Assembly (NCBI GenBank): GCA_003990765.1
Contig: RBNJ01000366.1
Span: forward strand, 1-32,028
Length of the DNA stretch: 32,028 nucleotides
Direction: 5' to 3'
From: Jimgerdemannia flammicorona
Taxonomy: Eukaryota
Below are positions 11,849 to 24,076 of the stretch, in pieces; positions within the stretch are counted from its first letter, which is position 1; each line of letters opens with the position of its first letter. The notes under the pieces were generated by a model. That model made no database searches. It saw nothing but the letters and a program-made list of their open reading frames with translations, and was not told the DNA's origin. A program made the position numbers and the translations under genes.

Positions 11849-12236
11849 TAGTGCTCCCAATGAATTGAATCAAGGGTCCAATTCAATTCAATTCAATTTG
11901 AATCAAATCAAAGGTCCAATTCAATTTAAAGTTCGATTCAAACCTTAATTTTCAAAATGTAATAACTCAACGAAAACTCATCTAAATTTAACATATTTTA
12001 GCTTGTTAAATTCACTGTATTAATGTGATTCTAATAAGCTAAAGTACGTTAGATTTGGATGTGTTTACACTGAGTTATTGTATTTTGAAAATTAGAGTTC
12101 GAATCAGACTCTCAATTCGATTTGACTTTTGATTTGATTTGAATTGATTCGAATTGAAAAATCCCCAATTCGATTCGACTCGTTTAACCCTCAATTCGAT
12201 TTGATTTGAATTGATTTGACTTGTTTGAGAGCACTA
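11849..12236. mobile_element. hAT-type MITE (388 bp), foldback structure
   Basis: Perfect 8-bp TSD GGTGAGAT (11841-11848 and 12237-12244). TIRs TAGTGCTCCCAA / TTGAGAGCACTA match 11 of 12. The interior is a long imperfect palindrome centred near 12020, with subterminal ATTCA/ATTCG pentamer repeats. An 8-bp TSD with YAGTG ends is typical of hAT. Confidence 0.9.
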
Positions 12237-15200
12237 GGTGAGATAATATATATAATAAATACCTAAGCTACCTACTGCTGACTAATACTTATCTGATCTA
12301 TAGACTCTAATGAATCTAGAACTATATCTCATCCTTGAGTAGAGTCTTAGACATTATAGTATCAAGTAAAGAACCAGCTTAACTATAAGTTATTTATTCA
12401 AAAAAATAAACAATTTCTTTAAATTTCTGATTCTAAGATAAGTTATATGATAAGATAAGACTTGAGATCTTTCTATGAATATAAATATAGTAGTATTTTA
12501 ATAAATTCCATCTGAATAATTTCCATAAGATTTCTGAATAAAACTGAGTATAAACAGTATAATCTCTAAAATAAGTTAGATTTTATAAGTTTATTATATT
12601 ACTATTATATTATTATCATATTTAAAGCTTGCTGTTTTTCTTCATATTTTATTGTTATCTTACTGCTTTTTAATTTTTTTCTTTCATTTATCAGTAGACC
12701 TTATTACTATCTTACTACTCTTTTTTTTACTTATCAGTAGTCTCTATTACTGTCTTACTGCTTTTTATCACTACTTATATCTTTCTTTCATCTGTCAGCG
12801 GACCCCATCAATACTCTACTACTTATTACTGCCTATTATCTTATCCTTAGTAAGTAATCTCTATCCTTACTCTATATATTATTTAATTAGAAATTCTAAT
12901 AATATTATATTTCTCTAATATTTCTTAGTATCAAAGTTAGGACCAGATTATACCTTATATAATAATTGCTATAGAAGTCACCAATAATGTCCAAGTTTAT
13001 AAGAGTATTGCAAAGTAATGCACCCTGATATCCAGGACATATCATTGAAGAAAAAAATATGATTTGATATTGAGAAAAGCAAGATTAGATATAAAAAAAA
13101 AAATTAAGCAGTAAGTAAAGTAGTATCAAATTATTATAATTTCACAAAATGATACTATATATTTTATTATTAATAATTAATAATGAGCCAAATACAGATA
13201 AAAAAGAATGGTTATTCTTAATGAAGAGAGTGAACTGATTGCTCATTTTGATTGAGTTCCTTTAGCAGAGAGACTACAGTATCATGTTAAAGAATTCAGT
13301 GGTAGAATAGAGAGAGATGAAGAGACTAATTAGCTTGATTTCAGTGAAGTTGATCAGCTTGATTTCAGTGAAGAGTGATGCATCTTTATATCTTATATAT
13401 AACAAACATTTGATCCTTTCAGTAGATTTATTTTCTCTTAATACTTTTTTAGTTAATAATCTCCTGATTTCTTCCTAACTCAATATATATATATAATATA
13501 TATAATCCTTTACATCTATATGTAACATCTGTATTATTAATAAAAGAACTGCTTCTAATATAAGAGAGATAAACTCTGGTATAGACTCTGACTAGTATAG
13601 ATTGACTAGTATGCATAGCTAGTAGAAATATTTATAGATATATTTGCTTGTATTTATATATATATAATTTATACTTATATAAATATTACAAAGTATAGAC
13701 TACAGTGTTTCTCTTAAACTATAACAGGCATATTCACCTATATTAAGATTAAGTACATATGCTTATCTTATAGATATATATATAGCATAGAGTGAGATAT
13801 TTTATACCAAATGTTTTTGCAGGCAAATTTGCCTGCACTATAGATTAAGAGATAGTAATTTTATAAATAAATAAAAAAAAACTTTTCTTATTCAATTAAT
13901 TACATTTATATTAAGTTTAAAAAATTATAATAATTATTAAGTTAAAATTATAAAGTAAGTTAATTTAAGATAATTCTTCTTTTTTTTTTTTTACAAATTA
14001 GATTTTAATATTTTATTTATATTATATAGTTAATATTAAAATTAAGTTAAATATTGAATATTCATTTTAAATAAAAGATTCAAAAATTTTACTCTATTTC
14101 CCAACTTAGATCTAATTATAAAATAATAAAGCTAAAGTTATAATATTTTATTCTTTGAATATCTTAGAAAATATCTATTTTTGAAAGCTCACAAAATAAT
14201 CAAGCACTGTTTGAGTGATAAAATGTTGTCTCACCTCTTTTGAATCCTAGGTATATACTGACATTAAGGGGATCGCGGCATCATGTGCAGAGCAATTTAT
14301 TTTTTGATATCTGGAAATTTGCATCATTCTGGCCGAACAAGAGGGCCGAAATTCCCGCCAAGCGGGTTGTCTTCCGATCCCATTGGATGGCCTAACCGTT
14401 GAGTTCAAAATAACCCTCCTATACCCGCTCGCTCGGCATTGTCCAATGTCCATTCACCCACCCTGTGAGCTTACTTAGGGCAAATGGCAAGGATTGGGGA
14501 TGCCCTAATGGGAAATCCAAAAGTAAGGGACATGGACATAAGGTTGCACCCGGCATCCGGGTACGACCGAGGGAATTGGCTAGCGTAAGTCGGTCGATCT
14601 GGACGGTTGTGCGTAGGGTGATCGACGGGTGCTCGTGTTTGTATGTGTAGATCTCGCGTGGCTTGATCGGATATCGTTGCTGTCCGTGTGGCGGCCGAAC
14701 CGCCAGAATGGGATGCGTTTTCACGGTGGATGGGAGAACTTGAACAACGGGCCTGAGAGTTGAGCTGAGTTCGATGTGGTTGTCAAGGGTTTCTTTGAAT
14801 AAGATATCTTTGTTTCCGTGACCTTGAATGCTTCAATGAAAGGAATCATCCATTGTTCTTAGTGTCTAGATGACATCATGAGGTCAATAGCTATGACAAC
14901 TGCGTGACTTAACGGATCACACACAGTACATAGTACCAAGGAGAGCAAAAACGAACGAGAAAGAAAATCAAAATCCTCATCCGCCAGGTCGCACGTGCAC
15001 GAACCCACGCCATCAGGTACGATAACACGGCGAAAAAAAAAAAAAAAAAAAAAAAAAAAAACGCCACCAGTACGAAGCCATCCGAAAGGACCATGCAGTT
15101 AATAATTACGTTGCTGGCGGGCCCAATGGGAAAGAAGAGACGAATATGTTTCTGTACGTCAAATGTGATTTCGTGATTGTGTTGTATGCGCCTGCATGTG

Positions 15201-16586
15201 AGGGAAGAGCGGATCAGAGAGACGAGGCCAAGCGATACGGGGTTTCAGATCCACTTCAATAGCTGGGGGATGGCACATGGTTGGGCGCAAATCGACAAAT
15301 GCGTTCACGGTCAGTGCGGACGTTTCAAACAAATTGTTTGATAGATCGTTGTTGTGGGATCGAGGGACCCGCGCGCGCGAAATGAAGTACCGGCACATCC
15401 CCGGGTCGCATAGGCGGTGCCGACGACGCGGTATGCACACCGAGAACAAAAGCAAACTGGGCGTGTCTTTCAGCCCAGCCGCGTTATCCAGGGCGACCTA
15501 CCGCGTCGATCCGAGGCGGCGAACCGTGATTTCATGTGATACCTCGCTCCCGACATTAGGGGGTCGAGGCGTTACGCGCCAAAAGTTGGGGTTGTCGATG
15601 GTTCGTAGAACGTATGGCGCACTACGCCCATGCCGTTTATCGTGAACGTGATCCGCCCGTTTTGGTGGATGGCCCACGTAGCGCAGTTTGAATGGTATGG
15701 AGACATGTGTCCCACCTCCCCCCCCCCCAAAAAAAAAAAAAAAAAATGCGGGGTGGCCTGAGAGACGACCAAGACCGGAAAATCAAATCCACATGTCCCA
15801 TCTGTCGTCAGCGATTTAGAATGGCATGTGCGCGAGGGACAAGACCTCGGGGTGCGACACACAATCGCAATCAAATCGATATAGTTCTCGGTTCGAGCTG
15901 CGCTCGGTAGACGGTTGCCAAATCGGTGAGAGGGCGACCGAGGCCCTTGTGGGCCTTATCGATGGTGGGGAGGATTGGTTTGCCGAGAACAGGGCGGGAG
16001 GGACGTGGAGACTCGGGTAGAATCATATGAGAGCGGTGCACGGGGCTGAAAATGTTGGTTTGACATTTGTAGGTGAGATCTGTCATTTTTTTTTTTTTCT
16101 ATCGTCGTTTTAGGTGGGATGGTGCTGCATCTTGTACGTAATCATGGGCACATGTAGGTATAGCATCTGCAGCAACAGCACGGGGGGGCAATCGGCGGTA
16201 GGGGATGATGTGTGGAATGGCACGGTGCCAGGGTTACGATGACAGAAGGGTAAGATATCAGCACCCCTAATCGCCCCAGATGTGGTTGGACAGGCCGGAA
16301 AAGGCGGGCAGGCCAAAATTGTTCGGTGATTTTCACATGTGAACCAGTTCAACGTGGGCGCGTGGGCGGCTCAGTCAGTAGCACGCGGAAGAAAATATTA
16401 ACGCTTTTTATTTATTATCAACCACTTGTTCCGGTCTGTCCTCGTCATCTGCTCAAATATCCATCCATTCACTCCCGCTTCCTCCCAGACTCAGAAACTT
16501 CCCTTCACCGGCCTTCACAAACACAGAACAAACAACTACTCCCCCCGTGTGGTGCTATCCATTATAAATTACTACAATATCAATTA

Positions 16587-18179
16587 ATGGCTTCAACTCT
16601 AATCAACCTCGTTGTCAACCATACCGACAAATTGCCCCTCAGCGGCTGGATCCCGCTCCCACCAACGACAAAGTCATGGCTGAACGATCTGAAAACTGAT
16701 GCCGACCTACGGAGACGCAATTCGCTCGGCAGCGACGCCAGCAGCGAGTCCGCGGACGACGATGAGGAGGTCACCACCCACCGCCTCAGCTCAAACACTC
16801 CCATCACCACTAATACCACCACCCCACTCCGCTATGGCGCCCCCCCGCCGCCCTACGAGGCCCAGGACGCCATATATCAGCCAGAGAGGAGGATGCCTGC
16901 CCGGTTCTACCAGCACCCATCCTCCAGCACCGATTCCGTCTCCACTGTCTCCACTGCCGTCTCGAATTATGATTTTCAAGAGATCCCCAACGCTTCTCTA
17001 GCCACCTCCAGGAGACCAACATCCATCTCTTCCGGCGCCACCCCCTCTCCTTCTTCCTCCACTTCCTCTAACTCGAAATCCTCTTCTCGTCTCTCCTACT
17101 TCCGGTGGACGTCCACTCCGGCGTCTCCCACCGCCCCGGCTGTGCCTGTTGCCGAACCCGTCATGATCGAGAGCCCGCCCCGTCGCGCGGGCAAATCCCG
17201 CGCCAGGACCGACTCTACCACTTCACTCACCACTACCTCCTCCGTCCAGACCACCTTCAGCCACCGCAGCGTCGAGCAGGCTGTCGCCCTCACCTCCGTC
17301 GCCGCCGAGGAGGACAAGGCTGGCAACCATCAGGTCGCCTTGGATCTTTACCTGACCGGGTTGGAGAAAATGCTAAACGCGTTGCCTGGTATGATTTCCT
17401 TCCACCATCCACCATGGTCGCAATAATAGATGCGGTTGTATCACTACGTGCACACATCTGCATCCCTCCTAACACTCGAACCAATCCACCCTCCCCTTCC
17501 CACAGTTGACGCCGATGAGAACGTCAGGCACGCCCTTCAGTCCAAGCTCGCCCAGTACGTGGACCGCACCGGCCTGGATCTCAACGAAGGCAGCCGCCAG
17601 AACCGGGACGACGGCCTCTTCTCTACGTTCGACACTAAGGTCGGCGGGATCTCGGAGGCTGTCATCAACGCAGCCGTCCTGAGCGCCATTGCCCTGAAGC
17701 AGAGTCCCATCCCAGGTACGTGCGATTTGTTGTGGACGGCCCCAAATCAATGATCGATCGGGCCCTCGATCAGCGTGGAACACGGAACTGTGACCGCGTC
17801 CTGTGACTACGCGCTCACACATACAAATACCACCTACATAGACGCCATCAGTGCGACGCTCAGCTACACCTTCCACACGCTGCAGCGTGTGGATGCCGCC
17901 TACAATATCCGTACTAAGGCCTGGGAACTGACCGCCATGGGGTTGACGCGCGCGATGGAGCTGGACGCTGAGTACAACCTGCACGGCCGCGTCAGCGAGG
18001 CCATCTACACCGGCTGCGCCGCCTTCATCAAGGCCGGAGTCGCGTACACCGACGCACCGGGATACCAGGAGGTGCTGGCCGGCCGCGTCAATGGCGAGGA
18101 GAAGGCCAGGATCATGAACGGGAAGAGTAGAGCCGCCAATCTGAGGCAGGAGGCCACCAGGAGGGCTAGCGTGCTGTAA
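16587..18179 (+). CDS. MIT-domain-containing protein, ~449 aa; exons 16587-17388, 17506-17715, 17842-18179
   Basis: Splicing at GTATGA..CAG and GTACGT..TAG keeps the frame. SVEQAVALTSVAAEEDKAGNHQVALDLYLTGLEKMLNALPVDADENVRHALQSKLAQYVDR fits the MIT three-helix pattern. The N-terminus is S/T/P-rich with a PPPY motif, and the C-terminal domain is helical. Confidence 0.85.
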
Positions 18180-19181
18180 GAAGAGGTGTACATCGGTGCG
18201 AGGGGAGAAGTGGTGAAGGGGAGGGGACTTACGAAGCGAGGCGATGTTGGGGCAAGGCGAGTTCACGAGCGGTCGTACCTATCTCGTTCGTTCTTTCGTT
18301 CGTTCTTTCGTCCTTCCCTTTCGTCCCTCTGTTACATATATCAGTTCGTTACATACTATTCTGAACAATTGTGGTGCGATGTAGGGCCGAGTGGTTGTTG
18401 AACTTTATATTTTTCGCAGTGTTGCTAGTACCACGCGCACATGCAGGAGGGCGTGGGGCGTCGGACTCTCACATTCCGTCGCGCGCGCGGTCGATCGATT
18501 GACCTATCGGGCAGATAAGTCTCTGCTTCGGACTTGCCGTTATCTACAAGTGTTGGGTTTTGTTTGCGCCCGTGCCGCATGTAAAGATAGACTGCACGCG
18601 GTTGCCTACATAATCCCTGTATCCATTATAGCATATCATGTATGTACAGAGAGAGGTGTTAGATCTATAGTAGAAGGGTGGTTTCCGTTCACGAAAAAAG
18701 TTTTTGATTGATTGATCAGTCAAGTCTCATACACATGTAATCGCCTTTGTTAGCGGCTCTACCTCCTTTTTCTCTCTTGTAATATAACATCATTTTGATC
18801 GAACAACTCGGATACAGCGCGTGTGCATGTCGAAAGAATTTTACGAGACGGGCAGCGTTCGGACAAATTTCCTGCTGGTGTGACCTCCGTTAAAACATCA
18901 TAATCCGCACCGGAATTTGTATGTGTATATACTTTCGTAAAGACTGCGGGAACATTGATGCCGTAATCGCTTGGCTCAAACTTGACTTGGTCACCGGAAT
19001 CCCTGGCAGCTAATACCCCTGGATGAGGTATAATAGTCGATTTGTCATATTCACGCTGGCAGATGACCGTTCCACAGAAGGCTTGTGCAATATTAAGCCA
19101 CAGAGTAGAGGAATTGGAACATAAACACCCGCAACGCAGAGACTCTAACAACTACGTCGTCACCTAAGACACTTGATTATA

Positions 19182-20922
19182 ATGAAATACAACCACACCA
19201 CAACACCTGCGCTCAAGGAACCCATATCCTTCATCAACGAGGACCCCGCCGCGCATGTACGCCCTCTCCCGCCTCTCTTCGACCCCGACGATCCCTCTGT
19301 GCGGATCAAGCGCAAACCAGGACGCAAGCCGAACCCTGTGGCGCCTATGCTTCGCAAGGCAGCCAACCGTGTCGCGCAGCGAGCGTTCCGCGAGCGCAAG
19401 GAGCACCACATAAAGGAGCTCGAGGAGCAAGTGAAGGCGCTGCGCGATCGCGCGGGTAAGGAGAGCGATGAGTTGCGCGCCACAGTCGAGGCCTATCGCG
19501 TCGAGAATGGGTACTTGAGGAATCTTGTTGTGTTGATGCAGTCAGTGTTGATACAGCATGGGATACCGGCGCCAGAGTTTGGAGATATGGATGTAGAGGT
19601 TGACAAGTCGACAAGGGCGGTCGCACCAAACGGGGCAGGAGAGGGGGAGGTGCCAATGCAGGTGGGAGGGATGGAGACACTGACGAGTGAGCATGGTTTT
19701 CCGCTTGAGAGATCGCCGGCGAGGACGCTGGATGGCTCGGAGCAAGAACTGCAGTTCCATTTCGAGGACTCGTCGGCGCAACAGGTCCCGGGATCGATAT
19801 CGGTCCCGGTCGGTCTGGAGTTCCAGCCTGACACTATGATAGCGGAGGCAGCCGTGCCCGTCCAGGCGCAATACTTCTCCAGGTCGTCAACAGACACAAT
19901 GTACATCAAACATTCGGACCCGTCGACGTCCCCGCTGCTCCCATGGGGCGCCGTCACGAGCACGCCGCTCAACACGTCGCAACCATTGAACCCTGACTTT
20001 GGGACGATCCTGCAGCCGATTACACCGGGGGCGCAGCTCATAGATAAGCTTTTCGCTCCCGAGGGCATTTCCACGGCGTCGCTGGACCACATAATGGAAC
20101 CCCTATACGCCGCTGACACATCCTACGTCATCTCGTCGGACCCCATTCACGACTCGCCCTCACCCGCCAGCCTCCCCACCTCTCCCGAATCCACCACGTC
20201 GACCTACTCGTCCTACTCGTCTTACCAACTTCTGACCCCATCCGCCTCCGCGACCTCGACGCTCCCCACGACAATCACCATCAATGCTGACACGCCGATC
20301 GTGCGTCCGCCTCCCGAGTTGACGACGCGCGCGGCCATCCAGTTAATCGAGCTTCAACTCCGCGCCCAGTCGGTATCCAAGACCTCCAATCTGCCTTACT
20401 CAATCCACCCGACCGCACTACAGCATGCGGTTCCGCACGACCCGCGGATTGACTTGTTACCGAGCATGCACATCCGCGACCGCATGATTGTCTTCCGCGA
20501 ATCGTTCGATCTCGAAGCCTGCATCCACATGCTCATGACGAAGGCTAAGTTCCACGGAGGGAACCCAGCCGACCCGGAGAACTGGGAACTGCCCGAGGAG
20601 TTCTTTACCGAGTTTTGGTTTTGCTGCGTGCATTCGGATGTTGTGCGAACAAATAAGTGGAGGAGGGCGAGGGGGGCGCCCGATGTGAGGTGGAAGACGC
20701 CGCCTGTGGAGGAGCTGAAGAGATTTGGGGCATATGGAGAGGCAAGAAAAGACCCTGCGATCGGTGAGTTGTATGGTTGGTATCGGTTCGATTTGAGTGG
20801 GGTGGTGCAAATTTGGGTTTCGGGCATGTTCTTTTACTTGATTGGTAAATATACATTATTCGATTATTCGATTTACAGATCGTATGCTACAAGAATCGAT
20901 GAGTGCGCTCTCCTTGTCATGA
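19182..20922 (+). CDS. bZIP (AP-1/Yap-like basic region) transcription factor with a C-terminal DUF3425-like domain, ~541 aa; exons 19182-20763, 20879-20922
   Basis: KRKPGRKP...RKAANRVAQRAFRERKEHHIKELEEQVKAL is a bZIP. PTALQHAVPHDPRIDLLP...RDRMI...NPADPENWELPEEFF..FWF...TNKWRRARG matches the fungal DUF3425 pattern. A terminal intron GTGAGT(20764)..TACAG(20878) is predicted; unspliced, the ORF runs to 21086. Confidence 0.85.
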
Positions 20923-21673
20923 CCGTGCACGGCGGCTCGTTCATGTCCTGTCCACCATATTATCTATGGAGATCTGGTCATGATGCATGTCGATCTCTGC
21001 TGGATGGAGTTATGACTCGAAGGGTGGGCGATGCTCTTGGAGCGTCGAACTTGCGCTTAGATAGATCAGTTGGAAGTTTGCGATGAAGCTCGCCTTAGTT
21101 GTAATTGGGTTTCTTGGCCACGTGATGCGTACTATTTATTTTGAACTATTGTTCCTCCTTTTCTATTTTCACGCTTGATTCGTTTGCCATTATTTTTCAT
21201 TTTATTTTTACGGTGCAATTATGTCCGGAATAGAAATGATCAGCTTTAGTCTTCACGACAATTAAATTTCAAAGGCAATTGACGGTTAGATTGGTCGCCA
21301 CTACCGAGGAATGATGCGCAATACGTCGTCGCAGGGGTGCCGTTGCTTATATTGATGCCATTAGGGTATTAAATACCGCCATTTCACACACGATCACCTG
21401 CACTTTTCCAAGGGACAAAAGAGTCTGATGTGCTGCGGCACCGAAGTTTCGGAATATTGTTGCAAGGAGGAGGCGATAACATGCGAGATGGCGTATCGAT
21501 GCTTTTGTTTTATTTTATTTTATTTACCATTATGGAGGGATGGTTGGATGGTGGGGTGGTTCGTTCTGGCACAAGCAATAAATAGCCACCAGGAAGGGTT
21601 GGCTTTCGGAATGATCGAAGAGACTAGCGGTCAACTACGCCACCTACGCCAGTAACTGCGGCCCTGGATGGAT

Positions 21674-21681
21674 TGACGTCA
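21674..21681. promoter_or_regulatory. CRE/ATF palindrome TGACGTCA ~175 bp upstream of the eRF1 start codon
   Basis: Exact 8-mer match in the proximal promoter region; function not shown. Confidence 0.3.
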
Positions 21682-21853
21682 CCGTCTCCAAGCGAATAAG
21701 AGACGCGGTAAAAAATTTGTTAGAACCAGAGTCTGCCCTTCTTCAACCGATTAAACCAGCCAAGAGGAGCCGCTGAGCTTTGAAACGTCGCCTTTGCCGA
21801 ATCGCAAATAGCTTCCACATAGTCGACTACATAAGCTTAACAAAAAGGCAAAG

Positions 21854-23847
21854 ATGAGCAGCGCGGCAGACGCCACCGACCGCAACGTCGAAATCTGGAA
21901 GGTGAAGAAGCTCATCAAGAGCTTGGAAGCGGCCAGGGGGTAAGCAACGAATCACACCCAAACCACCATCACAAAAATGTCTACCACATCCTCATTGTTC
22001 ACTCGCCGTGCACATTCGTCTCGCGCGTAAACTCGATAGCAACGGCACTTCCATGATCTCCTTGATCATTCGTATGTAACCTCTCCCATTCTCTCATCTC
22101 GCTCTTGTGTCCCCCGGAGAGTGACTGTGTCTGGCTGGATGAGACTACTAGTTGATTAACACGCCATTCCACTCCGATCATCTGTTCTATTGTAGCTCCG
22201 AAGGATCAAATTTCTCGCATCTCCAAGATGTTGGCCGATGAGTACGGCACCGCATCCAACATCAAATCCCGCGTCAACCGTCTCTCTGTCCTGGCCGCCA
22301 TCACCTCGACCCAACAGCGCCTCAAGCTCTACAACAAGGTCCCCCCCAATGGACTTGTCGTCTACTGCGGCACCATCGTGACCGAGGAAGGCAAGGAGAA
22401 GAAAGTCAACATCGACTTCGAGCCCTTCAAGCCCATCAACACCTCGCTCTATCTCTGCGACAACAAATTTCATACTGAGGCCCTCTCGGAACTCCTCGAG
22501 TCTGACGCCAAGTTTGGCTTCATCGTCATGGACGGTAACGGTGCTCTGTTCGGCACCCTCTCGGGCAACACCCGTGATGTCGTCCACAAGATGACCGTCG
22601 ATCTGCCCAAGAAGCACGGTCGTGGCGGTCAGTCCGCTCTTCGTTTCGCTCGCCTGAGAGAGGAGAAACGTCACAATTACGTTCGTAAGGTTGCTGAGCT
22701 CGCGGTCCAGGTATGTGCTCTTTTTGAGTGTGATTTTTTTTTTTTAAATCTAGCGGCCATCTTTTCTTAAGAATACTGTGAATTAATGTTATGTTCCCTT
22801 ATGTTACAGTTCTTCATTACGAGCGATCGGTATGTGATTTCCCTCCCTTATTGTCTATGTATATCTGGGTTCCTTGTGTAAAAATGAATCACTTGCCCAT
22901 TGGTTGAGGTGTCCAAGTGGTCAACCCAACTTAAAATTGACACGTGACTCATTGATCAAACGGTTTCTCTCAATAGTGTCAACTGCGCTGGCCTTGTCCT
23001 TGCCGGTTCTGCTGACTTCAAGACTGAATTGTCGCAATCCGACATGTTCGATCAACGTTTGCAGGCTAAGATCATCAAGGTCGTTGATGTGTCCTATGGT
23101 GGCGAGAACGGCTTCAACCAGGTAAGGGATATATCGGTTACAAATATGTACCATGGCATAGGAAAGAATTGCTCTAGAATGACCAAAAGTTGGCATCTTT
23201 GTCTTAACCTCGTTCGTTTCTGCTTATTTATCCAGGCCATTGAACTTTCCGCCGAGTCACTGTCCAATGTCAAATTCATCCAGGAGAAGAAGCTCATCTC
23301 CACCTATTTCGATGAGATCTCCCAGGACACGGGCAAGTACTGCTTCGGTGTCGAAGACACGCTCAAGGCCCTCGAGATGGGTGCCGTGGAGACATTGATT
23401 GTCTGGGAGAACCTGGACGTCACCCGTTTCATCCTCAAGGACTCCGTGGGCGTCGACCACATCGTGCACATGACCAAACAGCAGGAGAAGGAGCGCACCT
23501 TGTTCCTGGACAAGGACTCGGGAACCGAGATGGAGGTGGTCGAGAGCAAGCCGCTGTTGGAGTGGTTCGCGGACAAGTATAAGGACTTCGGTACGTATTT
23601 ATTATGTATTTCGGCACGAGCAGTCGATAAACACGACAATGTAAGGGACACATTCACGGACTGTTTCTAATATGTTGTTTCTTCCTACCCCACCACAGGT
23701 GCTGTCCTCGAGTTCGTGACCAACCGCTCGCAAGAAGGCTCTCAATTCGTCAAGGGCTTTGGTGGCATTGGTGGCCTGCTCAGGTACAAGGTCAACTTCG
23801 AGCAGCTCAACTACGACAGCGAAGAGGATGGCTTCTACTCCGATTGA
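21854..23847 (+). CDS. SUP45: Eukaryotic peptide chain release factor 1 (eRF1), 433 aa; exons 21854-21939, 22040-22071, 22196-22710, 22810-22829, 22977-23121, 23236-23590, 23699-23847
   Basis: Contains [51 protein letters not shown] and [11 protein letters not shown]. Six GT-AG introns give a 1302-nt in-frame CDS ending in TGA. Confidence 0.98.
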
Positions 23848-24076
23848 CAAACTCTGAACGTCAGCAATGAGGGGACGGCAAAGGGCGGGGAGGGGGCGGG
23901 GCCGGGGCGTGCGGAGTCGGGAGGCGCACGGTGTGATCAGTATATGGAGATGAGCCTCGGTCGTGGAGATGGTAAGAAGGGTGTCTACGAGAAAAATGGG
24001 AAGAGAAATGATAAGGTTGCCGTTGCCCCGGCGGCCTGATGGTGAATGTTAGCCGAGAAGTTCGTGCACACGTTAG

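Noticed and set aside
11385..11873. Hydrophobic F/Y/I/L ORFs resembling membrane or mitochondrial proteins
   Set aside because: Translation of a 20-bp AT-rich minisatellite.
12245..13800. Further decayed coding or TE sequence
   Set aside because: The frames I translated gave no recognisable motif, so it is left unassigned.
15880..15910. GGTTCGAG resembling a tRNA T-loop
   Set aside because: No cloverleaf stems or A-box in the surrounding sequence.
16326..16586. 87-codon N-terminal extension of the MIT gene in the ORF track
   Set aside because: Starts at GTG in promoter/5'UTR-like DNA; the first ATG is at 16587.
18759..19151. 130-aa - strand ORF upstream of the bZIP gene
   Set aside because: No ATG start, no recognisable motif, and it lies in the bZIP promoter region.
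20764..21086. Unspliced hydrophobic C-terminal tail of the bZIP ORF
   Set aside because: A consensus GTGAGT..TACAG intron explains it better, though intron retention cannot be excluded.
21854..22710. Possible variant-code eRF1 (stop codon reassignment)
   Set aside because: GTS, TASNIKS and YxCxxxF are all canonical, and neighbouring genes end in TAA or TGA.
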